Below are positions 46,787 to 56,569 of a stretch of DNA of 64,000 nucleotides, piece by piece. Made by a program: the position numbers and the translations under genes. Under the pieces are notes generated by a model. That model made no database searches. It saw only the letters and a list, made by a program, of their open reading frames with translations, and was not told the DNA's origin. The DNA is taken from contig JBGANV010000003.1 in NCBI GenBank assembly GCA_044222185.1, positions 256,001-320,000 on the forward strand, read 5' to 3'. Each line of letters starts with the position of its first letter. Position 1 is the stretch's first letter. Source of the DNA: Planctomycetota bacterium (GTDB lineage Bacteria > Planctomycetota > GCA-002687715 > CAIWVZ01).

Positions 46787-48004
46787 TCACTTCGCCGTCT
46801 TCAGGGCTCGCTCGACGGCCTCACCGAGCGCCGTCGCGCTGCGGCGATCCGTCCGGCTCGACCCGATCTTGACGTGCGCGATCGTTCCATCCGGGGCGAT
46901 CACGACGGTGTGCGGGATCCCCTTCACGGAAAGCGCCTTCAGCATGCGGAAGTCGGAAATCACGGCAACCGGGAATGCAACCTTCTCCGCATCGAGAAAC
47001 TCGCGCAGCAGCTTGTCCTCTTCGTCCGCCGAGCGGGTCTTCTTTCGGTAGTAGGTCGTGAGACCGAGAAACTCGACGGGGCGCCCGGCGAACCGCGTGG
47101 AGAGGTCGCGCATCAACGCCAGCTCGGCCTTGCACGAATCGTAGAAGCTCGCGAAGAACGTCATGACGACGACGCGCCCCTTGCGCTCCGCAAGTGTCCG
47201 TCCCGCGCCGTTCAGCCAGGTACGGACCCCATCCAGCTCGGGCGCGGGCTTGCCGAGCCAGTCGAGCTGTTCGCGTTGCGCGACGAGCGCCGGAGCGTCG
47301 GGGTGCGCCTTCAAGAGCTCGTCGAGTCTCGCACGCGCCTCGGTGACTCGTCCCGATTCCGTGAGCGTCGACACGATCTTCAGGCTCGCGTCCGCCGCGA
47401 GCGGGTGCTCGGCGCCCGTCTTGACGACCTCCTCAAGACGAGCCAGGCCCGTATCGATCCGACCGGCCTGGAGCTGTGCGATCGCGAGGTAATACAGAGC
47501 AGGGATTCGCTGATCGCTCTTCGGACGGTTCTTCAGGAAGTCGTCGTAGACGGCGATCGCCTGGTCCGTGCGCTCCGTGTCCAGGTAGCCGGCAGCGAGG
47601 CTCAAGAGCGCGTCCTCGATGTCCTCGGATTGCGGGAACTCGCGGGTGAACACCTCGAGGTGCGGCACTGCGTCCGCCGGCCGACCGGAGAGCAGCAGGG
47701 CGCGTCCCAAGGGGAATCGCCCCCTGTGGAGATCCGCCGCGCGCGCGGACCAGCCGGTGACGAAGCGCCCGATCGCGGCCTTGAACGATTCGGCGGCCGC
47801 GCGCCTGTGGTCCTCGTCGGCATCCTTCGGCGGCGACGCCAGCTGAAGAACCGACTCGAATTCCTTCTCGATCTCGACGTCGGGGTTCTGCGCCCGCGCC
47901 GCGATGCAGTTCATGGCGAGGAAGAGCACCAGGGCCATCCGATGCACGACGTTTCTCCGCGGCTCCATCGGTGCGAGTCTACTCGGAGAACCGTCGCCAC
48001 TCAC
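46787..48004 (-). CDS. TPR protein with C-terminal TlpA-like thioredoxin domain (single Cys)
   Basis: TPR repeats; GKPAPEL, FFASFYDSCKAE, VKGIPHTVVIAPDG; true start likely downstream of 48004. Confidence 0.8.
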   Translation of the reverse strand: MSGDGSPSRLAPMEPRRNVVHRMALVLFLAMNCIAARAQNPDVEIEKEFESVLQLASPPKDADEDHRRAAAESFKAAIGRFVTGWSARAADLHRGRFPLGRALLLSGRPADAVPHLEVFTREFPQSEDIEDALLSLAAGYLDTERTDQAIAVYDDFLKNRPKSDQRIPALYYLAIAQLQAGRIDTGLARLEEVVKTGAEHPLAADASLKIVSTLTESGRVTEARARLDELLKAHPDAPALVAQREQLDWLGKPAPELDGVRTWLNGAGRTLAERKGRVVVMTFFASFYDSCKAELALMRDLSTRFAGRPVEFLGLTTYYRKKTRSADEEDKLLREFLDAEKVAFPVAVISDFRMLKALSVKGIPHTVVIAPDGTIAHVKIGSSRTDRRSATALGEAVERALKTAK

Positions 48005-49278
48005 GACGGGCGGCGGGGCATGGGGCCCGGACGGCTCTCCGTCTGCGGGTCGCCCAAAGGCCGCCCGCCGCCGCGCCGACGATCGGGGCCGGGCGGCCCG
48101 GGGCGACCACCGTCCGGCCCGGGCGGCGGCCCCTGTCGAGGCGGCGGATCACGTCGTCCTCCTCGTTTGGGGCCGAGTTCCGGGAGGGCGTCATGGAGCC
48201 GGCGCTGCATCTCAGGCGGCGGTCCTTGGAGGATCTTGGCGCGCACGTCCTCCGGCAGCGCGAGAAATCGCTCGCGGACCGGACGCGGCATCATCCGCAA
48301 GAAGTCCGCGCGACCGGCTTCTTCGAGGCGCTCCGCGCCAAACCGGCGCAGGCTGAAGGGCAGTCGAAGGCGTGCGGGCAACTCCTGGAACGTGCGCTGC
48401 TCCTCGCGACTCAATTCGTCGAACAACGATGGCGGAAGTGGGAAGTCCGACGGCTCCTGTCCGCGCGCGCCGCGAAGCTCGCGCGCGAAGTGGATCCGCC
48501 TCATGTCCCGGGCGAGGCGTTTCATGACGTCCGAGGGCAGCTCCACGAGGGCCGCACGCCGCTGGGGGCTGAAGACCGCTTCGGCGACCTCGGATGAAAC
48601 TCGGCCGCGCTCGAGGTCGGCAGTGAAGGCCTCGAGCAGGTCCGGGTCGACGGACCGGAGCCGCTGAATCTCCGACGGAGTGAGGAACGCGAACGTCCGA
48701 TAGTCGCGAAGGGCCGGGTGCTCGAAGAACTCTCGAGCCGGTAGTGCCTGGAGTTCGGCCCGCAGACGCTCGGGCATCTCGGACCAGTCCTGTCCGTGAG
48801 TCACGACGAAGAGCTGCTTCTGCAGTCCGAGCGTCGCCTCGGCCTTGTCGCGGAGCGTCAGCCGGCTGATGCGATCGATCTCTTCGTCCGCGACCGCGCC
48901 GCGGTTGCGAGCTTCCTCGGCGACGCGTGCAAACCGCCGTTCCACGCGGAGCGTGATGAGTTTCTCGCGCCTCTTCTCCGGTTGACCGGCGAGGGCTTCG
49001 AGCGATGCGCGCTCCTCGTCCGTGAGCGTTTCGATGAACGCCTTCTCGTCAGCGGCCTGCCGGGCCTCCATCAGACGAAGGATGGCTCGCTCGCGGTCGG
49101 GGCCGCGGAGCTGACGCAGCGCCGAACGCTGCTCCTCGGTGAGGTCGAGGAGACGACCGAGTCCCGGACGACCACCCGGCCCGTCCGGCCGCCGATCGGG
49201 ACGGGCCGGCGGCCGATCCTGCGCGGCCAGAAGCGCCGCCAGCGTCAGAAAGGCGAGGATGGTCAACTCCCGTTTCAT
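48001..49278 (-). CDS. Secreted helical-repeat protein (DUF3106/Spy-like) of the ECF operon
   Basis: Signal peptide; repeated 'L--EE/Q-R' helices; Pro/Gly/Arg-rich tail; follows the anti-sigma gene. Confidence 0.65.
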   Translation of the reverse strand: MKRELTILAFLTLAALLAAQDRPPARPDRRPDGPGGRPGLGRLLDLTEEQRSALRQLRGPDRERAILRLMEARQAADEKAFIETLTDEERASLEALAGQPEKRREKLITLRVERRFARVAEEARNRGAVADEEIDRISRLTLRDKAEATLGLQKQLFVVTHGQDWSEMPERLRAELQALPAREFFEHPALRDYRTFAFLTPSEIQRLRSVDPDLLEAFTADLERGRVSSEVAEAVFSPQRRAALVELPSDVMKRLARDMRRIHFARELRGARGQEPSDFPLPPSLFDELSREEQRTFQELPARLRLPFSLRRFGAERLEEAGRADFLRMMPRPVRERFLALPEDVRAKILQGPPPEMQRRLHDALPELGPKRGGRRDPPPRQGPPPGPDGGRPGPPGPDRRRGGGRPLGDPQTESRPGPMPRRPS

Positions 49279-49281
49279 GGC

Positions 49282-49767
49282 TCAGTCCGATCCGAAGAAG
49301 TTGGATTGGATCGCATCGATCTCGTCGAGGGTCGCCGCGACCTCGCGCAGGGCCTCCGGTGTCGTCGATTCACGACCGGCGACGACGCGCGCGACCGACG
49401 ATTCGAGCGGCTCGTCCTCGGAGCCCGGCCCCGCGGCTGGCGTTCCATGGGTCGCGTGCGCCAGGTAGCCCCACGCTCCGATCGCAACGACCAGGACCGC
49501 GGCCGCCACCGCACGCCATCGCGGCGGGAACGGCAGCCTCCAGGAGCGCGCCCTTGCGGCCTTCATCGCACGCGACGCCACGAGGTCCGCGTGAAGTGCG
49601 GACGGCAACACGCCGAGGAGTCGATCCACGGCTTCGAGCTCGCGTACGCGCTGCAGCGCCGATGGGTCGGCATCGATCCGCCGCCGCACCTCGGCGGCAG
49701 CGGTCGCGTCGAGCGCGCCGTCCACGAACTCCATCAGGCGATCGTCGCCCAAGTCGTCGTTCGTCAT
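49282..49767 (-). CDS. Membrane anti-sigma factor
   Basis: LMEFVDGALDA...EVRRRI anti-sigma domain; TM helix AVAAAVLVVAIGAW; ATGA overlap with the sigma gene. Confidence 0.8.
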   Translation of the reverse strand: MTNDDLGDDRLMEFVDGALDATAAAEVRRRIDADPSALQRVRELEAVDRLLGVLPSALHADLVASRAMKAARARSWRLPFPPRWRAVAAAVLVVAIGAWGYLAHATHGTPAAGPGSEDEPLESSVARVVAGRESTTPEALREVAATLDEIDAIQSNFFGSD

Positions 49768-50402
49768 ACGTTCAGTCCTTTCGGCGCCGACGCCTCGGTC
49801 GCGAGCACATCGCCGATCTGTGGGGCAAGGGCACGTCGCAGCGCTTCCTTCGCGCGATTGAGCAGGCTCTTCGTCGCTTGCAGGGACAGGTCCAGGGCCT
49901 CCGCGATCTCCTGGTACGAGAGTTCCTCGAAACGGAGGAGCAGCACGGCCGCACGCTGATTCGCAGGCAGCGCCATCACGGCGTTGCGGACCGCGTCGCA
50001 CACCTCACCGCGCTCGAGCCGGCCGCTGGGCGCTTCCATCCGCTCGTCGGCCGGATCCAGTGGCCGCACGCCGCGCCCCGTGTCGACGGGAGCGTCGAGC
50101 GAAGCGGCCGCGCGGTATTCCTCGTAGCGAAGCCGGTTCAGGCCGAGGTTCGTAGCGATCCGGTACAGCCACGTGCGGAACCGCGCCGCTGGGACGTAGG
50201 CATGACGCGCCTTGTACATCCGCATCAGGACCTCCTGGGTGAGATCCTCGGCAAGTTGCTGATCACCGGTCTGGCGGTACATGAAGTTCAGGAGCGGTGG
50301 GGTGATGATCGAGACCAGCTCCTCGTAGGCCCCGGGCTCGTCCGCCTGCACGCGGAGCATGAGGCGGACCTCGGGATCGGAGGCAAAGCTGCTCCCCATC
50401 AC
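49764..50402 (-). CDS. ECF sigma factor
   Basis: AEDLTQEVL, FRTWLYRIATN, ELSYQEIAEAL...KSLLNRAK. Confidence 0.95.
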   Translation of the reverse strand: MMGSSFASDPEVRLMLRVQADEPGAYEELVSIITPPLLNFMYRQTGDQQLAEDLTQEVLMRMYKARHAYVPAARFRTWLYRIATNLGLNRLRYEEYRAAASLDAPVDTGRGVRPLDPADERMEAPSGRLERGEVCDAVRNAVMALPANQRAAVLLLRFEELSYQEIAEALDLSLQATKSLLNRAKEALRRALAPQIGDVLATEASAPKGLNV

Positions 50403-50409
50403 CTACCTG

Positions 50410-50435
50410 AAACCCCGGCGGCGCCATCCGGTTCC
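50410..50435 (-). promoter_or_regulatory. Probable autoregulatory ECF promoter
   Basis: Minus strand GGAAC-N17-GTT ending about 8 nt before the start codon. Confidence 0.55.
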
Positions 50436-50492
50436 GGCGCGGCCGCGGAAAACGGCGTCCGAGGCCTGACTCGCCGGATCACACCCGCTCCC

Positions 50493-51611
50493 TCACGCTT
50501 TTTCCTGCCGGTCGAGGAGCGTCAGGATGAGCAGCACCCGGAACGTAACGTCCGTGTACTTCTTGTGTTTGCCGCGCCAGGAGTCCTCCAGCGGGAAGTA
50601 GTGATATTGCGACGGCGTGACGGCCTTTTCGATCTCAGCGTCGGGCCGGAAGACGCCATCTGGCTGCTGGAGGCTCAGGACCCAGTCGAGCAACTCGACG
50701 GCCCGCGGCTGGGTCAACAGCGTCCCGGTCCGCGCGAGAAGCTCGAGGTCATGAAGGAGGAACCCCAGCTTCTGGGCGGCGAAGTCCTCCCGGGTCATAT
50801 CCCCGATACGTGGCTGCCGCAGCCTCAGGACTCGCTTGCCCTCGACCTCGAGGATCATCTTGGGCTCGCCGGTGCGCGTGAAGAGGTGGTCTACGAAGCG
50901 ATCCACGACGCGTTGCCCGCGCGGGGTCGAGCGGATCTGGGGCAGGAACGCCATCAGGTAGAGAGCGAACATCTCCACTGGGATCGCATCGGGCTTCAGA
51001 CGCGCGTAGCGGCCGTCCTCCGGAATCTCGAGATCGCCGTCGTAGATGTCGGGAGCATCCGTCTTGCCGTACTGTTCCTCGACCTCGTCGAGGAACCGCG
51101 TGGCGTAGCTCGTGATGCGGGGATCGTCGTACGATCCAGCACGAACGAGGAGCGCCGCCGATGCGCGCATGAGCCAGCGACGCACGACGTGGTCGAGGAC
51201 CTTGTTCTTCCCCACGTAGCCGTTCAGCTCGTACAGCTCTGCCGTGGTGTCCTCCGAGAGGTACCGGAAGAGCAACTCCCCCGAGCAGTGCAGGATCGGG
51301 TGGGACATGTCCCATCCGTACTCGACGAGTGCGAGGAACTGGTTCACGAGGCCGGGGCCGCGCTTTCGGCTGGGGTTCGGCGGCTCGAACTCGAGCACCT
51401 TGTCGAGCCACGTGCCGGCCTGTTGCTGCAAGCGGGAGATCGTCACCGCCGGCTCGTAGTTGTAGGCGCGCTCCTTCGCCCGCTGCAGGTCCCAGTCACC
51501 CGGCTTCGTCTGGAGGATCTCCGTGTGGGTGCGGTACTGGATCGGCGGACACGCCTTCTCGAGCAACCACGGCACAGGCGAGCTATTCAACCGATCCGTC
51601 CACCGCCCCAT
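50493..51611 (-). CDS. Hypothetical protein, prenyltransferase/terpene-cyclase-like alpha/alpha fold
   Basis: WLLE...P-IQYR N-terminus and QW-like motifs (QQQAGTW, QQPDGVF). Confidence 0.6.
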   Translation of the reverse strand: MGRWTDRLNSSPVPWLLEKACPPIQYRTHTEILQTKPGDWDLQRAKERAYNYEPAVTISRLQQQAGTWLDKVLEFEPPNPSRKRGPGLVNQFLALVEYGWDMSHPILHCSGELLFRYLSEDTTAELYELNGYVGKNKVLDHVVRRWLMRASAALLVRAGSYDDPRITSYATRFLDEVEEQYGKTDAPDIYDGDLEIPEDGRYARLKPDAIPVEMFALYLMAFLPQIRSTPRGQRVVDRFVDHLFTRTGEPKMILEVEGKRVLRLRQPRIGDMTREDFAAQKLGFLLHDLELLARTGTLLTQPRAVELLDWVLSLQQPDGVFRPDAEIEKAVTPSQYHYFPLEDSWRGKHKKYTDVTFRVLLILTLLDRQEKA

Positions 51612-51639
51612 GAATCAACCTCCCCGCGACCGGACGACG

Positions 51640-52827
51640 TCACCGGATTCGGCGCACACGCTCGAACGGCCGAACCACGGCACGCACGAATCCGACGACG
51701 GATGACAGCGGAATCGGCCCGAAGGCCGCGTCACGGCTGTCGATGCTGACTGGAACGTTGTCGCCCACGAGAAACAGCTTCCCCGACGGGACGACGACCG
51801 CTCCACTCACATTCTCCGAGGCCCAACCGTAGTGGACGTCCCGAAGCACCTCAAGCGCCCGCATGGTGATCGCACCGCCACGGGCCTGAATTCGAAGGCC
51901 GGAGAAGCTGCCGTAGGTGGCCGTGTCCCGAGGCTCGGAGAAGAGCTCACGCCACCCGGTACCCTCCCGACGGCTCACGCGGAACACTCCGTCGACGGTC
52001 TCGATCCGGATGCCCGTTCCCACGCACGCACCTGGGAAAAAGCCCCGGCGGGTCTCGCTCTCCGGAGTGCCCCCGAGAATGGCGATCCCGGTCGGGTCGA
52101 TTTCGACCCGTCGCACCTCACCGCCCTCGAGTTCGTGGGAGATGCGCAGGCCACCGCCCCCCAACTCGACCCCTCCGAGGTCGACTCGGATGTCGGGGAC
52201 CACGTTCCTCCCCGGGACGATCCTGCCGTCGGGTCCCATGTGGTCGTCGCGAAAGCACCGCCGGTCGACACCGCCACCGGGGAGCAGGTCGACCGTCGCC
52301 ATCCCGCCAGGCTCCGGCTGGATGGAGAGGGCGCCTGCCTCCCCGCGCGCCGACCCGCCCGCGACGCGAAGCATCGACAGCCATGCCCCGTCAGGCGGAA
52401 AGACGCGGAACATCTGGGCATCGACGAGGTCCGGCGGTCGCTGAACGATCGACATGCCCCCGTGCCCATCCTCGAGCACGATGTCACCGCCCCGAAAATC
52501 CATGCGGTCGCCGGAGACGCCGATGACACGCTTCACGTACAGGTGGGAGTTTCCGTCGCCGTCCGAATGGGCGAATACGCAGACGTCGAAGCGCGCAGGA
52601 GCGGAGAATCGTGCGCTCAACCGATCCACGATCACGTAGTCGGCCCCGCCCTGGAGCGCCGGCCACATGCTCTGCTCCCGCACCGGATACACGTCGACGA
52701 CGAAGAGCTTTCCGAGCAAGGGCACGACGGCCACGATCGCGAGCTTCCACGTCAATCCGAGGCGCGGCTTGCGCCGTCGTGGCGTACTCACAGTCGCCGG
52801 CTCGACGGCATCCGGACGGTCACTCAC
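51640..52827 (-). CDS. lepB: Signal peptidase I with large insertion
   Basis: QSMWPAL (Ser), YVKRVIG (Lys), GDNVPVSIDSR. Confidence 0.88.
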   Translation of the reverse strand: MSDRPDAVEPATVSTPRRRKPRLGLTWKLAIVAVVPLLGKLFVVDVYPVREQSMWPALQGGADYVIVDRLSARFSAPARFDVCVFAHSDGDGNSHLYVKRVIGVSGDRMDFRGGDIVLEDGHGGMSIVQRPPDLVDAQMFRVFPPDGAWLSMLRVAGGSARGEAGALSIQPEPGGMATVDLLPGGGVDRRCFRDDHMGPDGRIVPGRNVVPDIRVDLGGVELGGGGLRISHELEGGEVRRVEIDPTGIAILGGTPESETRRGFFPGACVGTGIRIETVDGVFRVSRREGTGWRELFSEPRDTATYGSFSGLRIQARGGAITMRALEVLRDVHYGWASENVSGAVVVPSGKLFLVGDNVPVSIDSRDAAFGPIPLSSVVGFVRAVVRPFERVRRIR

Positions 52828-54098
52828 GCCTCGCCTCGCCGGTAGTGCTGCATTCCACCGATGTGGACCGCCTCGACGTCCTCCGGGCCGCAGGTGAAGA
52901 CGATGGTCGCGAGCGGATCTCGAATGGGCGCATGGCGCGTGGTCGAGACGTCGAGGATGACGAAGTCAGCCGACTTGCCCACCTCCAGCGTTCCGGTGAG
53001 GTTCTCGAAGCCGAGTGCGCGCGCACCGTTGATCGTTGCCATCCGGAGCAGTGTAGCGGCATCCATCGCGCCGACGCGACGCGCGAGCCCACGCTGGCAC
53101 AGAAGCGCGGTTCGCATTTCTTCGAACATGTCCAGGCGGGAGTTCGACGCAGCCGAGTCCACGCCAAGCGCGACGTTGACGCCGGCTTCGATCATCGCGC
53201 CCACCGGGGCGACGCCCTCGGCGAGCTTCAGATTCGAGCGCGGACAGTGAGCCACGTGCGTACCGGTGCGTGCCAGGATCGCGATGTCGTCGGAAGTCAC
53301 CTGCACGGCGTGCGCGACGACGGTCTGGGGACCGAGCGCGCCAAGCTCTGCCATCAAGGCCGTCGGGGTCACGCCGAAGCGGTAGCGATCCAGCGTGCCG
53401 CGCTCCGCGCACATGCGCTCGAGGGGGCCACTGCGCGCGGAGATGAACTCGTGCTCCTCCAGGCTCTCGTCCAGGTGGAACGAAAGTCTGCGTCCCTCGT
53501 TTCGCGCTCGGTCGACGACGGCGGCGAAGACGCGAGGAGGGCAGGTCCAGGGCGTGTGCGGCGAATAGCCGACCGGTGACGTAAGACCCTGCGCCCGGAT
53601 TCGCTCGACGATCGCATCGACCTCCGCGATGTATCCTGACTCGTCCGGGGCCATGCTCCCGAAAAACTCCTGGAAGTAGATGCCGTGTTGGCCCGTCTCC
53701 TCGAGCACCGCCATGGCATCCGATCGGAAGAAGTTCTCCCCGACCAGCGTCACGCCGCTCGCAAGGAGCTCGCGAGCGCTCCGTCGCGCGCCCTCCGTCC
53801 AGATGCCGGCATCCGCGCCGCGCTCCTGGATCGCAGGAAGAAGCGCGTTGGAGATCCAATCGAGGAAGGGGCGGTCATCGCCGCAGCCTCGGAAGGAGCC
53901 CAGTGCGAGATGGCAGTGCGCCGACACGAGCCCCGGCATGATCAGGCGTCCGCGCGGAAGGCTCACGGGGCTCACGCCGGTCGGGGGCTCGCCGCGGCCA
54001 ACGGCCGCGATTCTGGTGCCCTCGATGACGATCCACCCTGGCGAGAAGACGGCGCCCGAACCCGTGACGAGGTGATCAGCGAAGAAAGCGGTTGGCAT
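52824..54098 (-). CDS. Amidohydrolase (MTA/SAH deaminase-like)
   Basis: MPGLVSAHCH, FHLDES, AHAV, HCPRSNLKL, LGVDSAASN. Confidence 0.88.
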   Translation of the reverse strand: MPTAFFADHLVTGSGAVFSPGWIVIEGTRIAAVGRGEPPTGVSPVSLPRGRLIMPGLVSAHCHLALGSFRGCGDDRPFLDWISNALLPAIQERGADAGIWTEGARRSARELLASGVTLVGENFFRSDAMAVLEETGQHGIYFQEFFGSMAPDESGYIAEVDAIVERIRAQGLTSPVGYSPHTPWTCPPRVFAAVVDRARNEGRRLSFHLDESLEEHEFISARSGPLERMCAERGTLDRYRFGVTPTALMAELGALGPQTVVAHAVQVTSDDIAILARTGTHVAHCPRSNLKLAEGVAPVGAMIEAGVNVALGVDSAASNSRLDMFEEMRTALLCQRGLARRVGAMDAATLLRMATINGARALGFENLTGTLEVGKSADFVILDVSTTRHAPIRDPLATIVFTCGPEDVEAVHIGGMQHYRRGEA

Positions 54099-54104
54099 GC
54101 GATC

Positions 54105-55400
54105 TCAGAGCCCGGCGCGGACGAGGCTCCGCAGCAGCTCTTCCGAATCGGCGTGGCGCGAACGGAACCGCGCGAGCATGCGGGAGAACCCTTCGTCGGC
54201 CCCGATGGCCGCAGCCAGTCGTCCCGCGTGCGCGAGGATCTGCGCGACCTCCTCTGCGCGAGGCCCACCGGGCGCGTCGGCAACTCGATGAGCGGCGACG
54301 ATCATCCAGCCTGCGGCAAGCTCCGCTCGCGTGCCCTCGATGGAGCGCGCTGCTTCCATCAAGACCGCGGCGTCGATCGGCTGCGTGACCACGAGGCCAT
54401 CGGCGTCCGTGAACATTCCCTCGTCCACGTACAACCGAAACACCAGCTCGGGGCAACGCTGATGCTTCTGGAGATGCCCGAGCACCCGGCCACGCACACG
54501 CGGCCAATGCTCGGCGGTCGTCGCTCGGCGGAGTTCCTCGAAACGCGGGCTGTCTGGTTCGGCGAGGAAGCGCGCCTCGCACGCGACTCGAATTCGCCGG
54601 GCCGGCGCCTCCGCGCGCGGCTCCTGCAGGCCTCCGGCAGCCGCTCGAACCGGCTCCGCGCTCGGCGCCGCTGACAGCCGGCGGGACAACTCCATGGCTT
54701 CGCTTGAACGACCGGCGCGAACGAGCGCTGCAATCATCTCGCGAGCGTCACCCGTCATCCGCGCGCGCTGTCGGGCAGCCGCAATGCCGTACTCATGACC
54801 GCCGCTGCCTGCGAGGATCTCTCCCGCGAGGCGATCGAGTGCCCAACGGCGCGCGGCGAGATCCAAACGACGCGGGTCGAGCGATTCGAGACTCGTCCCC
54901 GGGAAAGGAACGGGGAGGTCAGCCAACGCGTCCGCCGTCAACTGCAGGAGCTCTCGTCGATCCGCCGGTTGCTCCGCGAGTCGGAGGAGTCGATCCCCGA
55001 GGCGCCCGAGGACTCGCCCTCCGTCGTCCTGCCACACGGAGAACAAGCGGACGAGTCCGCCCCCTCGATCGAAATGGTGCCGCTGGCTTCGCGCATCGCG
55101 ATGGTAGATCCGATCGAGGATCCGCAGTGCGTGCTCGAGCACTGCCGCGAGGTCCGCCGCAGCACCCGCCGGAGCCGCCGCCCAGTCGACGTCGCAGGTG
55201 GCGACGACGCCGAGAAGGTTGACGACGGCGTCATGAGTGTCGAGAGGTTCCTGTACAACGAAACGGCGCAGCTGGGAAACCAGCCGCGCCGCAAGCTCCT
55301 GGACCTTCGCGTGGTCAGCCGCGGTTCTCGCCGCGGCCAACTGTTTGCGAATCGTCAGGATCGATCGTCGACAACCATCGAGGGTGTCACTTGGCTCCAC
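54105..55400 (-). CDS. Helical hypothetical protein
   Basis: 431-aa ORF packed between co-oriented genes; no recognised motif. Confidence 0.6.
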   Translation of the reverse strand: MEPSDTLDGCRRSILTIRKQLAAARTAADHAKVQELAARLVSQLRRFVVQEPLDTHDAVVNLLGVVATCDVDWAAAPAGAAADLAAVLEHALRILDRIYHRDARSQRHHFDRGGGLVRLFSVWQDDGGRVLGRLGDRLLRLAEQPADRRELLQLTADALADLPVPFPGTSLESLDPRRLDLAARRWALDRLAGEILAGSGGHEYGIAAARQRARMTGDAREMIAALVRAGRSSEAMELSRRLSAAPSAEPVRAAAGGLQEPRAEAPARRIRVACEARFLAEPDSPRFEELRRATTAEHWPRVRGRVLGHLQKHQRCPELVFRLYVDEGMFTDADGLVVTQPIDAAVLMEAARSIEGTRAELAAGWMIVAAHRVADAPGGPRAEEVAQILAHAGRLAAAIGADEGFSRMLARFRSRHADSEELLRSLVRAGL

Positions 55401-56454
55401 TCGCCACCTCGGAGCCCGAGGCCTTCGACGGCTCGAAGACGTCCGCCTTCAGGCCCGTGTTGATCTGCGCATCCTTGACGTCGATCGTTGCGACCGGCTC
55501 GAGGGACGCGCCGAGAACCGACACGCGCGATGGCGTCGTGATGCCGGAGGCGAAGCGCCAGCCGGTGTAGTCATATCCGCGAGTGCGGACGCCACCGCGG
55601 CTCCACTCCGTGTGGGTCGGCACGCGGAGGTCCGAGCGGAACGTCGCAGAACCGCTGACGCCGTTGTCGGCTGACGGCTTGACGGTGTACGTCTCCTGCG
55701 TGACGAAGTCGACTTCCGCCGCCTTCGTGAACGTGAAGGAGTACGCGGTCGCGTCGAACGGAACGACGTCCGCGAGCGTGACCGGCGTGCCGTTCAGGCG
55801 GATCTCGGAGGCGAGCGACGACGCCGACGCCGTGCCGCCATCCTTGGTCCAACGAGTGATCTTCGTCATCGCACCCGACTCGCGCATGAAGAACACTTCG
55901 CGGGTCACGTAGTCGGCGCCGGACTTCTCCTGCACCTCGATGCGACGCTTGATGTCACTGCCCCGGAGCTCGGCGACCTTCACGCGGAACTCGACCTTGC
56001 GCAGAGCCGCGTCGAGGCACGAGACGTCGAGCGACACCGAGCGATCCTTGACGCGGCCCATGTCGGCCGTGATCGCGGTCTTGAACGCGGTGCCGAGAGC
56101 CGTCGCTTCGGCCGCGGTCTCGGGTGCGCCACTGTCACCACCACCTTCGGCGCCGTTGCGATCGCGACGTGCCGTGGCCGCGCCCGCGCGAGGCGCCATT
56201 CCGCCGCCGCGCGATCCGCCGGTCGTCCCACCTTCGCGAGCCGTCGTGCCTGGCGTGAAGCCGGCCGGCGCCGGGCGCGCGCCCGTGTTCGTGTTCGGCG
56301 TGTTCGACGACGTCGGGTTGCCACCGCCGGTGAGTCCGCGTCCAACGCCCGGGGGCGACGGCGGCGGCGAGAAGCCGTGAGCCAGGGCCTCCGAACTGGC
56401 GAATCCGAGAACGGTCACCACACCCAACACGATTGACGCTTTCCGCATCTGCAT
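55387..56454 (-). CDS. Secreted protein with Gly/Thr-rich linker and LolA-like C-terminus
   Basis: AAGGAGA ribosome-binding site, signal peptide ending ALA, C-terminal IDVKDAQINTGLKADVFEP. Confidence 0.65.
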   Translation of the reverse strand: MQMRKASIVLGVVTVLGFASSEALAHGFSPPPSPPGVGRGLTGGGNPTSSNTPNTNTGARPAPAGFTPGTTAREGGTTGGSRGGGMAPRAGAATARRDRNGAEGGGDSGAPETAAEATALGTAFKTAITADMGRVKDRSVSLDVSCLDAALRKVEFRVKVAELRGSDIKRRIEVQEKSGADYVTREVFFMRESGAMTKITRWTKDGGTASASSLASEIRLNGTPVTLADVVPFDATAYSFTFTKAAEVDFVTQETYTVKPSADNGVSGSATFRSDLRVPTHTEWSRGGVRTRGYDYTGWRFASGITTPSRVSVLGASLEPVATIDVKDAQINTGLKADVFEPSKASGSEVASGAK

Positions 56455-56569
56455 TCTCCTTCAGATCACGAGGCACACCGGGCTGGTCGAGTGAGCCCCA
56501 TCGAACGCGTGTGGAACGGGACGGCCGGGATCATACATCGGTCGCGGCTGGGAGTGAAACTTCAGCTCA

